DNA of 32,000 bases from Fibrobacterota bacterium (lineage in GTDB: Bacteria; Fibrobacterota; Fibrobacteria; UBA11236): contig CANKII010000008.1 in NCBI GenBank assembly GCA_947482115.1, positions 17,182 through 49,181 on the forward strand. Reading direction: 5' to 3'. The notes beneath the pieces are model-generated. The model saw only the letters and a list, made by a program, of their open reading frames with translations. It was not told where the DNA came from and did no database searches. The position numbers and the translations under genes were made by a program. Positions 15,480-23,890 of this stretch are shown here, piece by piece; the first letter of the stretch is position 1; each line of letters starts with the position of its first letter.

Positions 15480-16436
15480 ATGAAAAAAACATCCTTACTC
15501 AGCGGGTTGGCCATCCTGGTCAGCCTCACAATGTTCGGCTGTTTGAATTCGGATTACTTCTCGGATTCCAAGAATGCCGCTTATCCGACTTCAATCAGCG
15601 CAGCAACGTCATCTCAAATTACGATTACCAACGCTTGCGTGCCGTTGATTGCTGGACAGAATATTAACGTCGGTCAGGTATGCACTGCCGTTTATGGCAG
15701 CGACCTTGTTGTCACCTATGCTACCACTCCTGGCAACGGCTGGTCGTTCTCCGCTTATCATCTCTGGGTAGGGACAAAGGCGGCGGACATTCCCCAGAGC
15801 AAATCAGGAAATCCGATTCCAGGACAATTCTCCTACAAGAAAGATCCCGTGGCGTCCAACACCGTATCGATCGTCGTTCGCGTTCCTCTCAGTACAATCG
15901 GATTCGATCCCGACAAAGCTTGTGGAGCAGCCACAGCAATCATAGCTTCCCATGCCGTGGTAAATAATGCCGGCCAAGCCAAAGGAAGCCAGACGCAAAC
16001 AGCCTGGGGTTCCGGTATCCGGATTAATTCAAAAGGAAATTGGGGCACATACCAAACCATTTCCCTTTCAACTCCCTGTTTTGTCTGTCCGAATTTTCTC
16101 CACAACGCGGGAGGAATTTCCTTTTACAGCCCGCAACAGGCTAATGTCGGCGATTATGTGACTTATGCCCCGGTTTTTGACGCTGCTGGCATCACCCTGA
16201 TCCCCGGTTCCTGTGTAAATACCGAAGTCCTTCCCTATCATCCTTTCCTCCCGGCAGGACTGACACTTGACCCGTCCACCTGTATTATTTCCGGGAAACT
16301 CACTGCATCCACCGCCCAAACAATTGCGCCGCCTCCCGCCGGTACAGGTCCAGCGTGCCCCATCTATTACAAGGTGAATGCTATGAGTAACTGTGGACCC
16401 GTTGGAGCCGTCATTCAAATCTTCGTCGCACCTTAA
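15480..16436 (+). CDS. Lipoprotein with the same C-terminal module as the preceding gene
   Basis: MKKTSLLSGLAILVSLTMFGC|LNSDY lipobox, with AAGGGAAAAC upstream. N-terminal module: PLIAGQNINVGQVCTAVYGSDLVVTYATTPGNGWSFSAYHLWVGTKAADIPQSKSGNPIPGQFSYKK...TAWGSGIRINSKGNWGTY. The C-terminal 116 aa (16086..16433) are CPNFLHNAGGI..GITLIPGSC..LPAGLTLDPSTCIISG..YYKVNAMSNCGPVGAVIQIFVAP. Confidence 0.8.
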   Translation: MKKTSLLSGLAILVSLTMFGCLNSDYFSDSKNAAYPTSISAATSSQITITNACVPLIAGQNINVGQVCTAVYGSDLVVTYATTPGNGWSFSAYHLWVGTKAADIPQSKSGNPIPGQFSYKKDPVASNTVSIVVRVPLSTIGFDPDKACGAATAIIASHAVVNNAGQAKGSQTQTAWGSGIRINSKGNWGTYQTISLSTPCFVCPNFLHNAGGISFYSPQQANVGDYVTYAPVFDAAGITLIPGSCVNTEVLPYHPFLPAGLTLDPSTCIISGKLTASTAQTIAPPPAGTGPACPIYYKVNAMSNCGPVGAVIQIFVAP

Positions 16437-16459
16437 CCACAATTTTCAACACAAAATTC

Positions 16460-16490
16460 AACCGTGGGGCGAAAGCCTCACGGTTTTTTT
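16460..16490. terminator. Rho-independent terminator, probably bidirectional, between the lipoprotein gene and mtnN
   Basis: AACCGTGGGGC-GAAA-GCCTCACGGTT forms an 11-position stem (one G-U pair) with a GAAA tetraloop. TTTTTTT follows on the plus strand. On the minus strand a T-rich run (TTGAATTTTGTGTT) follows the stem. The T-tract overlaps the mtnN stop codon (16489..16491). Confidence 0.75.
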
Positions 16491-17199
16491 ATTGCCTGAT
16501 TCCCGACAACACCTCCTTGATCACGTGGAAGGAATTGGCGGCGATGACGGGAAGAAAACTCGTGAAATCGACATGCGCGCTTCCATCGGCATGGTCGGAG
16601 ATGGTCCGAATGGATACGAAGGACGTTCCATTCACGGCGCAAACGTGGGCAATGGCCGCGCTTTCCATGTCCACCGCATCCCCTCCAAGTTCGCCGGTCA
16701 AATGCCCGTGACTTGTTTCGCGATCCCCGGAAATGAATTGATCCCCGCTTAAGATGCGGCCTGAAATGATTTTGTGATCTGATTCCAGATCGGCAGAGAG
16801 AGCCAGCGCGGCCAACTTTTCATCAGCCTTGAAGAACCGGAGATCCGTGAAGGGAATTCTCCCCCGTTCGAAACCGATGGGCCGTGCATCCATGTCATGC
16901 TGTAGACAATCGCGGCTGACAACGACATCTCCGATGTGGAGCTGCTTCGACAATGCACCGGCCACGCCGGTGGAAATCACCGCGGAGGGATGATATTCAT
17001 CGATGAGGTGCTGGGCTATCAACGACGCGAACACCTTGCCCACACCGCATTGAATCACCACAACGGGAACATCCAAAAGATTCGCTTCATAAATCCGGAA
17101 AATGTTCCACTCGATTGTTTTTGAGACCTGGGCATGGGAAAGAAATTCCTGAATCTCCTCCTCCATCGCGCCCATGATGCAAATTCGTGAAGGTGTCAT
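16489..17199 (-). CDS. mtnN: 5'-methylthioadenosine / S-adenosylhomocysteine nucleosidase
   Basis: ICIMGAMEEEI, QCGVGKVFAS, VISTGVAGAL, ILSGDQFISG and VDMESAAIAHVC are the characteristic Pfs/MtnN blocks. Length is 236 aa. Confidence 0.92.
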   Translation of the reverse strand: MTPSRICIMGAMEEEIQEFLSHAQVSKTIEWNIFRIYEANLLDVPVVVIQCGVGKVFASLIAQHLIDEYHPSAVISTGVAGALSKQLHIGDVVVSRDCLQHDMDARPIGFERGRIPFTDLRFFKADEKLAALALSADLESDHKIISGRILSGDQFISGDRETSHGHLTGELGGDAVDMESAAIAHVCAVNGTSFVSIRTISDHADGSAHVDFTSFLPVIAANSFHVIKEVLSGIRQ

Positions 17200-17230
17200 C
17201 GATCAAACCATTCGATCCAAAACAATGAAA

Positions 17231-17773
17231 TCAACAATCGATGACGGAGAACACTTCGTAACCGGCGGCCTCAATCTTTTTCCGTCCGCCCAGCGCGGGT
17301 AAATCAATCACCACCGCGCAACCCACCACATCGGCCCCGATTTTTTCCAAAAGATGAATGGCGGCCAACATGGTGCCGCCTGTCGCAAGCAAATCGTCCA
17401 TGATGAGAACTTTCTGTCCTTTGTCCACCGAATCCCTGTGAATCTCCACGCAATCGGAACCGTATTCCAGGTCGTACTCATGCGACTCGACATCATGGGG
17501 AAGCTTGCCCTTCTTGCGAATCGGCACGAAACCCATGGAGTGGCGGGCGGCAAACACCGATCCAATCACAAAGCCGCGGCTTTCAATGCCGACAATCAAG
17601 TCAGGTTTCGGGACGGATTTTTGGAAATAGCGGGTGGAGAAAATCTCCATGCAGGATTCAAAAGCAGGACTGTCCTTCCACAACGGAGTGATGTCCCTGA
17701 AAAGAATGCCGGGCTTGGGAAAATCAGGGATATCCCTGATTTTGGAACGAATGAGGTCGATGGAGTTGGACAT
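17231..17773 (-). CDS. apt: Adenine phosphoribosyltransferase
   Basis: IRDIPDFPKPGILFRDITPL, IVGIESRGF, the PRPP-binding loop VLIMDDLLATGGT, and DLPALGG. Length is 180 aa. Confidence 0.95.
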   Translation of the reverse strand: MSNSIDLIRSKIRDIPDFPKPGILFRDITPLWKDSPAFESCMEIFSTRYFQKSVPKPDLIVGIESRGFVIGSVFAARHSMGFVPIRKKGKLPHDVESHEYDLEYGSDCVEIHRDSVDKGQKVLIMDDLLATGGTMLAAIHLLEKIGADVVGCAVVIDLPALGGRKKIEAAGYEVFSVIDC

Positions 17774-17789
17774 GGAAGAATAAGGCGCG

Positions 17790-18125
17790 CTATTCTTCCT
17801 TCTTGTCTTTCTTCAGCATGGAAAGGACCTCGGGAACGAGATCCATGGCTTTTCCAAAAATATCCTTGTCACGGGTGAGACTCACGATTTTGGCATTTCC
17901 GTCCGTCACCACGATAAAAGCGATGGGTTCCACGGTCAATCCACCGCCGGAACCGGCTATTTCACCCTTGCCGCTGGCGCCGCCAAGGCCGAAGCCTACA
18001 GAGACCCGGGAAACGGGAATGAGGGTTGTACCGTCGGCAACAATGGGTTGACCCACGACGGTATCGGTCTGGGCGATTCCCTTGAGCTTTTCGAGGAGGA
18101 CTGAAGCCATGGTATCGAGGTTCAT
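17790..18125 (-). CDS. YtfJ/GerW-family protein
   Basis: VVGQPIVADGTTLIPVSRVSVGFGLGGASGKGEIAGSGGGLTVEPIAFIVVTDGNAKIVSL matches the Spore_YtfJ (GerW) family pattern. Length is 111 aa. Confidence 0.85.
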   Translation of the reverse strand: MNLDTMASVLLEKLKGIAQTDTVVGQPIVADGTTLIPVSRVSVGFGLGGASGKGEIAGSGGGLTVEPIAFIVVTDGNAKIVSLTRDKDIFGKAMDLVPEVLSMLKKDKKEE

Positions 18126-18149
18126 GGCCAGTAATCTATAAAAGAGATG

Positions 18150-18226
18150 TGGTGCAAGTGCCAGGATTCGAACCTGGAGTCTTCTGATTCGTAGTCAGAT
18201 GCCTTATCCAGTTTGGCCACACCTGC
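18150..18226 (-). tRNA. tRNA-Arg (anticodon ACG), CCA encoded
   Basis: The reverse complement reads GCAGGTG-TG-GCC-AAACTGGATAA-GGC-A-TCTGA-CTACGAA-TCAGA-AGACT-CCAGG-TTCGAAT-CCTGG-CACTTGC-ACCA. The 7-bp acceptor stem has one G-U pair. The anticodon stem is 5 bp with loop C-U-ACG-A-A. The T-loop is TTCGAAT, the variable loop 5 nt, total length 77 nt. Confidence 0.9.
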
Positions 18227-18278
18227 AGAGCGGGGCAAAGCTAACAAAATTCCCCATGAATCCTACCTTTCCGGCCCA

Positions 18279-20600
18279 ATGTTCAAACAATTAAAGCGAT
18301 TATTTATGTGGCTGTTCCATGGATTTGGAACCTGGCTGGGCACTTTGCGGAAACAACTCCGCAAATCCGGCTATCGCGCCCATTTCTGGTCTTGGATTCG
18401 GTTCTTCTCCCTGTTCACGGCCATCCTCTTAATCTTTACGCTGGGAACGCTCTGGTTTTTCTCGCGCTCCCTGCCCTCTCTGGAATCTCTCGAACACATC
18501 GAACCCAGCCTGATTACCCGGCTTTACGACAGAAGCGGAAAACTCGTCCACGAGTTTTACACGCAACGCCGCATTTGGGTTCCGGAGAAAAAAATTCCCG
18601 AAAAACTCAAGCAAGCCGTATTCGCCATCGAAGATCGGACTTTCCAGGAACATTGGGGCGTGGATCTCAAAGCTTATCCCGGTGCCTTGTTTCCCGCCTT
18701 GCTCGGAGGGCGTGCCCGCGGAGCTTCGACTTTAACCCAGCAATTGGCCAAAAACCTCTTCCTCACTCCGGAGCGCAGCGTACGCCGCAAGGTGCGCGAA
18801 CTTTTGATGGCGGTGAAAATCGAACAGGCCTACACCAAGGATGAAATTCTCGAGTTTTATTTCAATCAGGTGTATCTCGGCGCGGGTGCTTATGGATTCG
18901 CTGCGGCGGCGGAACGCTATTTCGGAAAACCGCTCGACTCGCTGAAGGTGGAACAATACGCGCTGCTGGCCGGATTACTGCAAAGACCCGAAGCCTATCG
19001 CCCGGATAATTCACCCGAAGAGGCGCGGGATCGCCGCAATGTGGTTCTCGGAGCGATGAAGGAAGAGGGATTCCTCACTCGCTCCGAATATAAACAGGCG
19101 GTCAAAGCTCCGCTGAACGTTCAGGAATACGATCCCGGTGCGGATCTGGGACCTTACTTCACCGAAACCGTGCGACAATTCATGGACAAGAAGTGGAACG
19201 AGGATTTCGTCTACAATCAGGGCGCGCATGTTTACACGACGATGGACTCCGCTTTGCAACGCTATGCGGACGAATTGTTGCCACGCCAGCTTCACAAGGT
19301 GCAGCTTCGCCAATATTACCGGACAGCGCGGGCTTTCAACATGTCCAAGTATCTGCATGTCCCCCTCGACACGCTCGTGAATCATTGGGACGTTTATTAT
19401 CCCCGCTTCGACTCGCTTTATCTACGCGCTGACACGTTGCGCCATCGACGTTTTCCGGACGCCCTGCGCTATCACCACCTTCAGGGTGCGTTGCTCGTGA
19501 TCGACAATGAAACCGGAGCGGTGCGTGCCATGGTGGGCGGCGAGAATTTTGAAACGTCGAAATACAATCGCGCCATGCAGGCCATACGTTCACCGGGCTC
19601 CTCATTCAAACCCTTCGTCTATGCCACGGCGGTGGACAACGGAGCGAGCCCCGGAGACATGGTGAACGACGAGCCCATCACCATCCCCGATCCGGGAGAC
19701 TCCACCAAATTCTGGCGGCCGGAAAACTTTGAACCCGGTTTTGAAGGGCCGATGACCATGCGCCGCGCACTTTACAAGTCGCAAAACCTTCCCGCCATTG
19801 CCACGGGATTAAAGTATGGACTGCCAACCGTGGTATCTTATGCCCGGCGGTTTGGATTGGCGCACAATGTTCCCGCAGTTCCATCGGTTTCCATCGGAAC
19901 CTGCGAGGCATCCTTGATCGAACTGGTGTCTGCCTACACAGCTTTCCCCAACGGTGGCACGCGTTCCATCCCCTACTTCGTCGAACGCATCACCGATAAA
20001 AACGGCCGCGCGGTATATCAAAATATCCCCCAGACACAGGAAGTGTTGCGCAAGGAAGCCGCGTGGATTCTATGCACCATGCTGCGCGATGTGAACATCC
20101 GGGGAACGGCTGCCGGGATTTGGGCCAGCGGCTTTCAATTCCCCTCCGGCGGAAAAACCGGAACCACCAACGATTTCTCCGACGCATGGTACATCGGATT
20201 CACCAAGCATTACACGGCAGGAATCTGGGTCGGCGCGGACGATCACACTTCGATGGGACCCGGAAATACCGGCGCGGACGACGCAGTGCCCATGTGGATC
20301 GACATGATGAAGTACGCGGTGCGGAATCAGGAACCGGAAGACTTCCCTCGCCCCGATGGCATTGTGGAAGCACGGGTCTGCCCTGTTTCCGGCTTGCTGG
20401 CACAAGGCTTTTGTGGTCCGGTCACGGAGGATTATTATATCGCAGGACACGAGCCGAAGGAGATCTGCCGGCCCGAGTTCCACCTTAAAAAAGCTTCAGG
20501 TGTGGACGTCTCCTCAGCCAACAAGCATCGCGATCAACCGGTGATTCAGGGGAAGAGCGAACAGAAGAAAGTGGATCCGCGGGTGCGGAAGACATTTTAA
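18279..20600 (+). CDS. mrcA: Class A penicillin-binding protein 1A (glycosyltransferase GT51 + transpeptidase)
   Basis: GT51 motifs: AIEDRTFQEHWGVD, RGASTLTQQLAKNLF, KDEILEFYFNQVYLGAGAYG. Transpeptidase motifs: SPGSSFKPFVY (SxxK), YKSQN (SxN), GGKTGTT (KTG). An N-terminal TM helix is FFSLFTAILLIFTLGTLWFF. I chose the start at the ATG at 18279 because the ORF-track TTG at 18213 overlaps the tRNA. Confidence 0.93.
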   Translation: MFKQLKRLFMWLFHGFGTWLGTLRKQLRKSGYRAHFWSWIRFFSLFTAILLIFTLGTLWFFSRSLPSLESLEHIEPSLITRLYDRSGKLVHEFYTQRRIWVPEKKIPEKLKQAVFAIEDRTFQEHWGVDLKAYPGALFPALLGGRARGASTLTQQLAKNLFLTPERSVRRKVRELLMAVKIEQAYTKDEILEFYFNQVYLGAGAYGFAAAAERYFGKPLDSLKVEQYALLAGLLQRPEAYRPDNSPEEARDRRNVVLGAMKEEGFLTRSEYKQAVKAPLNVQEYDPGADLGPYFTETVRQFMDKKWNEDFVYNQGAHVYTTMDSALQRYADELLPRQLHKVQLRQYYRTARAFNMSKYLHVPLDTLVNHWDVYYPRFDSLYLRADTLRHRRFPDALRYHHLQGALLVIDNETGAVRAMVGGENFETSKYNRAMQAIRSPGSSFKPFVYATAVDNGASPGDMVNDEPITIPDPGDSTKFWRPENFEPGFEGPMTMRRALYKSQNLPAIATGLKYGLPTVVSYARRFGLAHNVPAVPSVSIGTCEASLIELVSAYTAFPNGGTRSIPYFVERITDKNGRAVYQNIPQTQEVLRKEAAWILCTMLRDVNIRGTAAGIWASGFQFPSGGKTGTTNDFSDAWYIGFTKHYTAGIWVGADDHTSMGPGNTGADDAVPMWIDMMKYAVRNQEPEDFPRPDGIVEARVCPVSGLLAQGFCGPVTEDYYIAGHEPKEICRPEFHLKKASGVDVSSANKHRDQPVIQGKSEQKKVDPRVRKTF

Positions 20601-21913
20601 AGCAGCTTCAGTGTATTCTCAATCGGAATCACTTCCGCCAAAGTTTTCCCACCAGTCGGCACACCCAACTTCAACAATCGCTCACCACTGGGCCGCACCA
20701 TTCTTTCATAACTCCCCACTGCGGAGTTCAGTGCTTTGTTCGCCTTCTCAAGGCCTTCACGAATCGATTCAAAATGATCCGTGAATTTGGCGACCCGCTC
20801 GTAGAGTTCCTGCGCGGCCTCGGCGATGGCGCGGGTGTTCTCCGTTTGCTTTTGCTGATCCCAGCTCATGCTGACTGCACGAAGCAATCCGATCAACGAA
20901 GCTGGAGTGGCCAGCATGATTTTCTTGTTTCCGGCCCACAGGATTAAATCACGATCGCCCTCCAGAGCTGCGCTGAATAAAGATTCTGCGGGAAGAAAAA
21001 GCACGACGTAGTCCAAAGAGTTCGGATGTTTCGCGGGATAATCCTTGTCCGCCAAACCTTTGATGGTTTGTTTGAGCTTGTCCGCATGGGATTTCAAAGA
21101 TTGTGTTCGCTTTTCCGGATCAGATGTTTCCAAAGCAGCGAGAAAATCCAGATCAGGAACTTTGGAATCGACAATGATGACACGATCCCCAGGAAGTTTT
21201 ACGATCAAATCCGGACGGGAATCATCTTCTCCCTGCGCCTGCTCTACGAAATCACAGTAAGGACTCATGCCCGCAGCTTCTACCACACGGCGCAAGGTTT
21301 CTTCACCCCAACGACCACGGGTTTGATTGGATTTCAGAACCATGCGGAATTGTTCCGTCTCACGCGCCAGCGATTCGCTGCGTTGCGTGAGCGTTTTCAT
21401 TTGTTCCTGAACCTCACCAAGTGTTTTGGACTGGACGGTTTCACTTTGTTGCAAACGCTGCTGATAGGTTTTGAGCTGCTCTTCCAAAGGCTTCAGAAGT
21501 CCGGTAATGGCTTCCTGCCGTTGCGCCAGCTCCCCCTTTGCGGTTTCCTGAAGCTTGGCAAATTGATCGTTGGCCAGACGCAAAAATTCGGGGGCGTTTT
21601 GTTTCAGTGCTTCAGTGCTCAAAGCCGTGAATGCCTCACGTAAATCCAACAAAGCCTTGTCATGGTCCGCCCGCTGACTGGCCAGCGTGGTTTTGATCGC
21701 ATCCCGCTCCGCCGCTGCCGCAGACTTTTCACTGATCAATTCCTTCTCGCGGCTTCCTGCGACGGCTAACGCGCCATCCTTATCGGCAATTTGCCTTCGC
21801 AATTCGACCTCAATGGGAGAATGATCCGCAGCTTTATTTCTCCCGGATGCCAAAAGCCATCCGATCAAAAATCCCGCCACAGCCCCCATGGCCACATAAA
21901 ACACAATCATCAT
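20597..21913 (-). CDS. rmuC: DNA recombination protein RmuC
   Basis: N-terminal TM helix, then a long coiled-coil region. The conserved RmuC core follows: NQTRGRWGEETLRRVVEAAGM...DF..Q...RPDLIVKLPGDRVIIVDSKVP...VLFLPAESLFSAAL. Confidence 0.9.
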   Translation of the reverse strand: MMIVFYVAMGAVAGFLIGWLLASGRNKAADHSPIEVELRRQIADKDGALAVAGSREKELISEKSAAAAERDAIKTTLASQRADHDKALLDLREAFTALSTEALKQNAPEFLRLANDQFAKLQETAKGELAQRQEAITGLLKPLEEQLKTYQQRLQQSETVQSKTLGEVQEQMKTLTQRSESLARETEQFRMVLKSNQTRGRWGEETLRRVVEAAGMSPYCDFVEQAQGEDDSRPDLIVKLPGDRVIIVDSKVPDLDFLAALETSDPEKRTQSLKSHADKLKQTIKGLADKDYPAKHPNSLDYVVLFLPAESLFSAALEGDRDLILWAGNKKIMLATPASLIGLLRAVSMSWDQQKQTENTRAIAEAAQELYERVAKFTDHFESIREGLEKANKALNSAVGSYERMVRPSGERLLKLGVPTGGKTLAEVIPIENTLKLL

Positions 21914-22121
21914 TCGTCCCCGGTTACTGAAATAGCCCGTCCATCGTCTAAACTGCGATGGACAGGCTGATTGACACGACTAAAACTTGCCGCCCTTGGG
22001 CTTCTTCTTCTCTTTTCCACCCTTGTCCTTATTCCCCATGTTCTCACCTTCCCTTCGTCAAAAATTTGGTTTCCTCTATATACTATAATAGCTCCCACAG
22101 GGATTCCCAGAAAGTCATCCA

Positions 22122-23885
22122 ATGACCCCTTCATTCTCCACTCTTCCCGGCCTCCTCCAACATGTGAACCGGACATTCCGGAATCCCACAGCCATGGCCT
22201 ATAAAAAGGACCGGGACTGGGTTTCCATCTCGACTCAAGAAGTGGCAGACACGGTTCAGAAAATCGGTCTGGGCCTTCTCGAAATAGGCCTCAAGCCCGG
22301 GGACAGTGTCGGCATCGTCGCGGATCCCTCCCCCTTCTGGATGATATTCGACTTTGCGGTGCTTGGAGTTGGCGGAATCACCGTGCCGCTGTTTTCCAAT
22401 GTCTCACCGGAAAATTTGAAATATGAAATTCAGGATTCCGCCATGCGCTTCCTTTTGGTCGGAACCAAAGGTCAATATGACGCCCTCCATTCCTTTTGCG
22501 GTGACATGGAACGGGTCATTGTTCACGACAAAAATCTCGAGATCGGGAGTTGCGTTTCCTGGGATTCCCTGTTGGCCGCAGGCGAACGCAGAATGGCTGC
22601 AAATCCTAATGAATGGGAACAGCTGAACAACGCCGTAAATGAAAACAACACGGCCACGCTCATCTACACCTCCGGCAGCACCGGGATTCCCAAGGGCGTG
22701 GAACTCACCCACAAAAATTTGATCACCCAAGTTTATGACACGGGCGTCCGATTTCCCATCGACACGGAGAAGGACAAGGTGTTGTCCTGCCTCCCCCTCG
22801 CCCATGTCTTCGAACGCATGGCATCCTACTACTACTTCTCCACGGGGGCCAGCCTTTACTTTTGCGGCGACGTCAAAAAAGTGGGCTTCGATTTGCGCGA
22901 AGTGCGTCCCACCGTCATCACTCTCGTGCCACGCCTGTTCGAAAAAGTATTCGCCAAGATGCAAAGCAATGTGGAAACCGCCACTGGCTTCAAGAAAATG
23001 CTGGGAAAAGCGGCCTTCGACCGCGCGCGGGAAAAGCCTTACAATGCGCCGAAATCATTGAAGGACAAATTGTTCGATGCGTTGGTGTACGGCAAAATGC
23101 GGGAGGCTCTCGGCGGGAATTTACGCCTTGCGATTTCCGGCGGAGCGCCACTCGACCCGGCTCTCTATCAATTTTTCTTGAACGTGGGGATTCCTGTTTA
23201 TGAAGGTTATGGACTAACGGAAACATCACCCGTAATCGCCGCGAATTATCCCGGCCACAGCAAGGTGGGTACAGTGGGAATTCCGTTTCCGCAAATGGAA
23301 GTTCGCATTGGCGATGACGGGGAAATTCTGGCACGCGGTCCCGGTGTGATGAAAGGTTATCACAACAAGCCGAAAGAGACGGCGGAGACCATTGATGCCG
23401 AGGGCTGGCTGCACACCGGCGATTTGGGGAACATCGACATAGAGGGCTATCTCAAAATCACCGGCCGGAAAAAAGAATTATTTAAAACCGCCAATGGAAA
23501 ATACGTGGCTCCTGTTCCTATTGAACAAGCTCTGACCGCCAATAAGATCGCCGATATGGCCATGGTTATCGCCGAAAAACGCCCCTTCACTACGGCTTTG
23601 CTTTTCCCCGATTTGGAAAACCTCAAGGCAGTGAGAATCGAATTGGGATGCGAGGCGATGGATAATGCTTCCTTCCTGCGTTCGGAACAAGCGGCGGCCT
23701 ACATCCAGCAAGCCTTGGACCAAGTCAATGAGAAACTCAATCATTGGGAAAAGGTTCAGAAATTTTATTTGGCCGATCATGCCCTCACGATTGATGCCGG
23801 AGAAATCACCCCGACCCTGAAAATTCGCCGCCATGTTGTCGAGGAAAAATTCCGCCGCGAAATCGATGCGATGTATGCGGCGTAG
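22122..23885 (+). CDS. Long-chain acyl-CoA synthetase (AMP-forming)
   Basis: AMP-binding signature LIYTSGSTGIPKGVELTHKNL, plus YEGYGLTETSP and GWLHTGDLG...GYLKITGRKKELFKTANGKYVAP. At 587 aa it resembles the ACSL/FAA1-like class. Confidence 0.9.
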   Translation: MTPSFSTLPGLLQHVNRTFRNPTAMAYKKDRDWVSISTQEVADTVQKIGLGLLEIGLKPGDSVGIVADPSPFWMIFDFAVLGVGGITVPLFSNVSPENLKYEIQDSAMRFLLVGTKGQYDALHSFCGDMERVIVHDKNLEIGSCVSWDSLLAAGERRMAANPNEWEQLNNAVNENNTATLIYTSGSTGIPKGVELTHKNLITQVYDTGVRFPIDTEKDKVLSCLPLAHVFERMASYYYFSTGASLYFCGDVKKVGFDLREVRPTVITLVPRLFEKVFAKMQSNVETATGFKKMLGKAAFDRAREKPYNAPKSLKDKLFDALVYGKMREALGGNLRLAISGGAPLDPALYQFFLNVGIPVYEGYGLTETSPVIAANYPGHSKVGTVGIPFPQMEVRIGDDGEILARGPGVMKGYHNKPKETAETIDAEGWLHTGDLGNIDIEGYLKITGRKKELFKTANGKYVAPVPIEQALTANKIADMAMVIAEKRPFTTALLFPDLENLKAVRIELGCEAMDNASFLRSEQAAAYIQQALDQVNEKLNHWEKVQKFYLADHALTIDAGEITPTLKIRRHVVEEKFRREIDAMYAA

Positions 23886-23890
23886 GGGCG

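Noticed and set aside
18213-18278. TTG-initiated extension of the PBP1A ORF
   Set aside because: It overlaps the 5' end of the minus-strand tRNA-Arg (18150..18226). The ATG at 18279 gives a normal short cytoplasmic tail plus TM helix.
21910-22176. 88-aa minus-strand ORF whose stop overlaps the rmuC start by ATGA
   Set aside because: The coupling-like overlap is tempting. However, the ORF runs antisense through the first 55 nt of the acyl-CoA synthetase gene, translates the purine-rich tract into a Gly/Arg/Glu-rich peptide, and has no recognisable features. I treat it as spurious, and ribosome profiling could revisit this.
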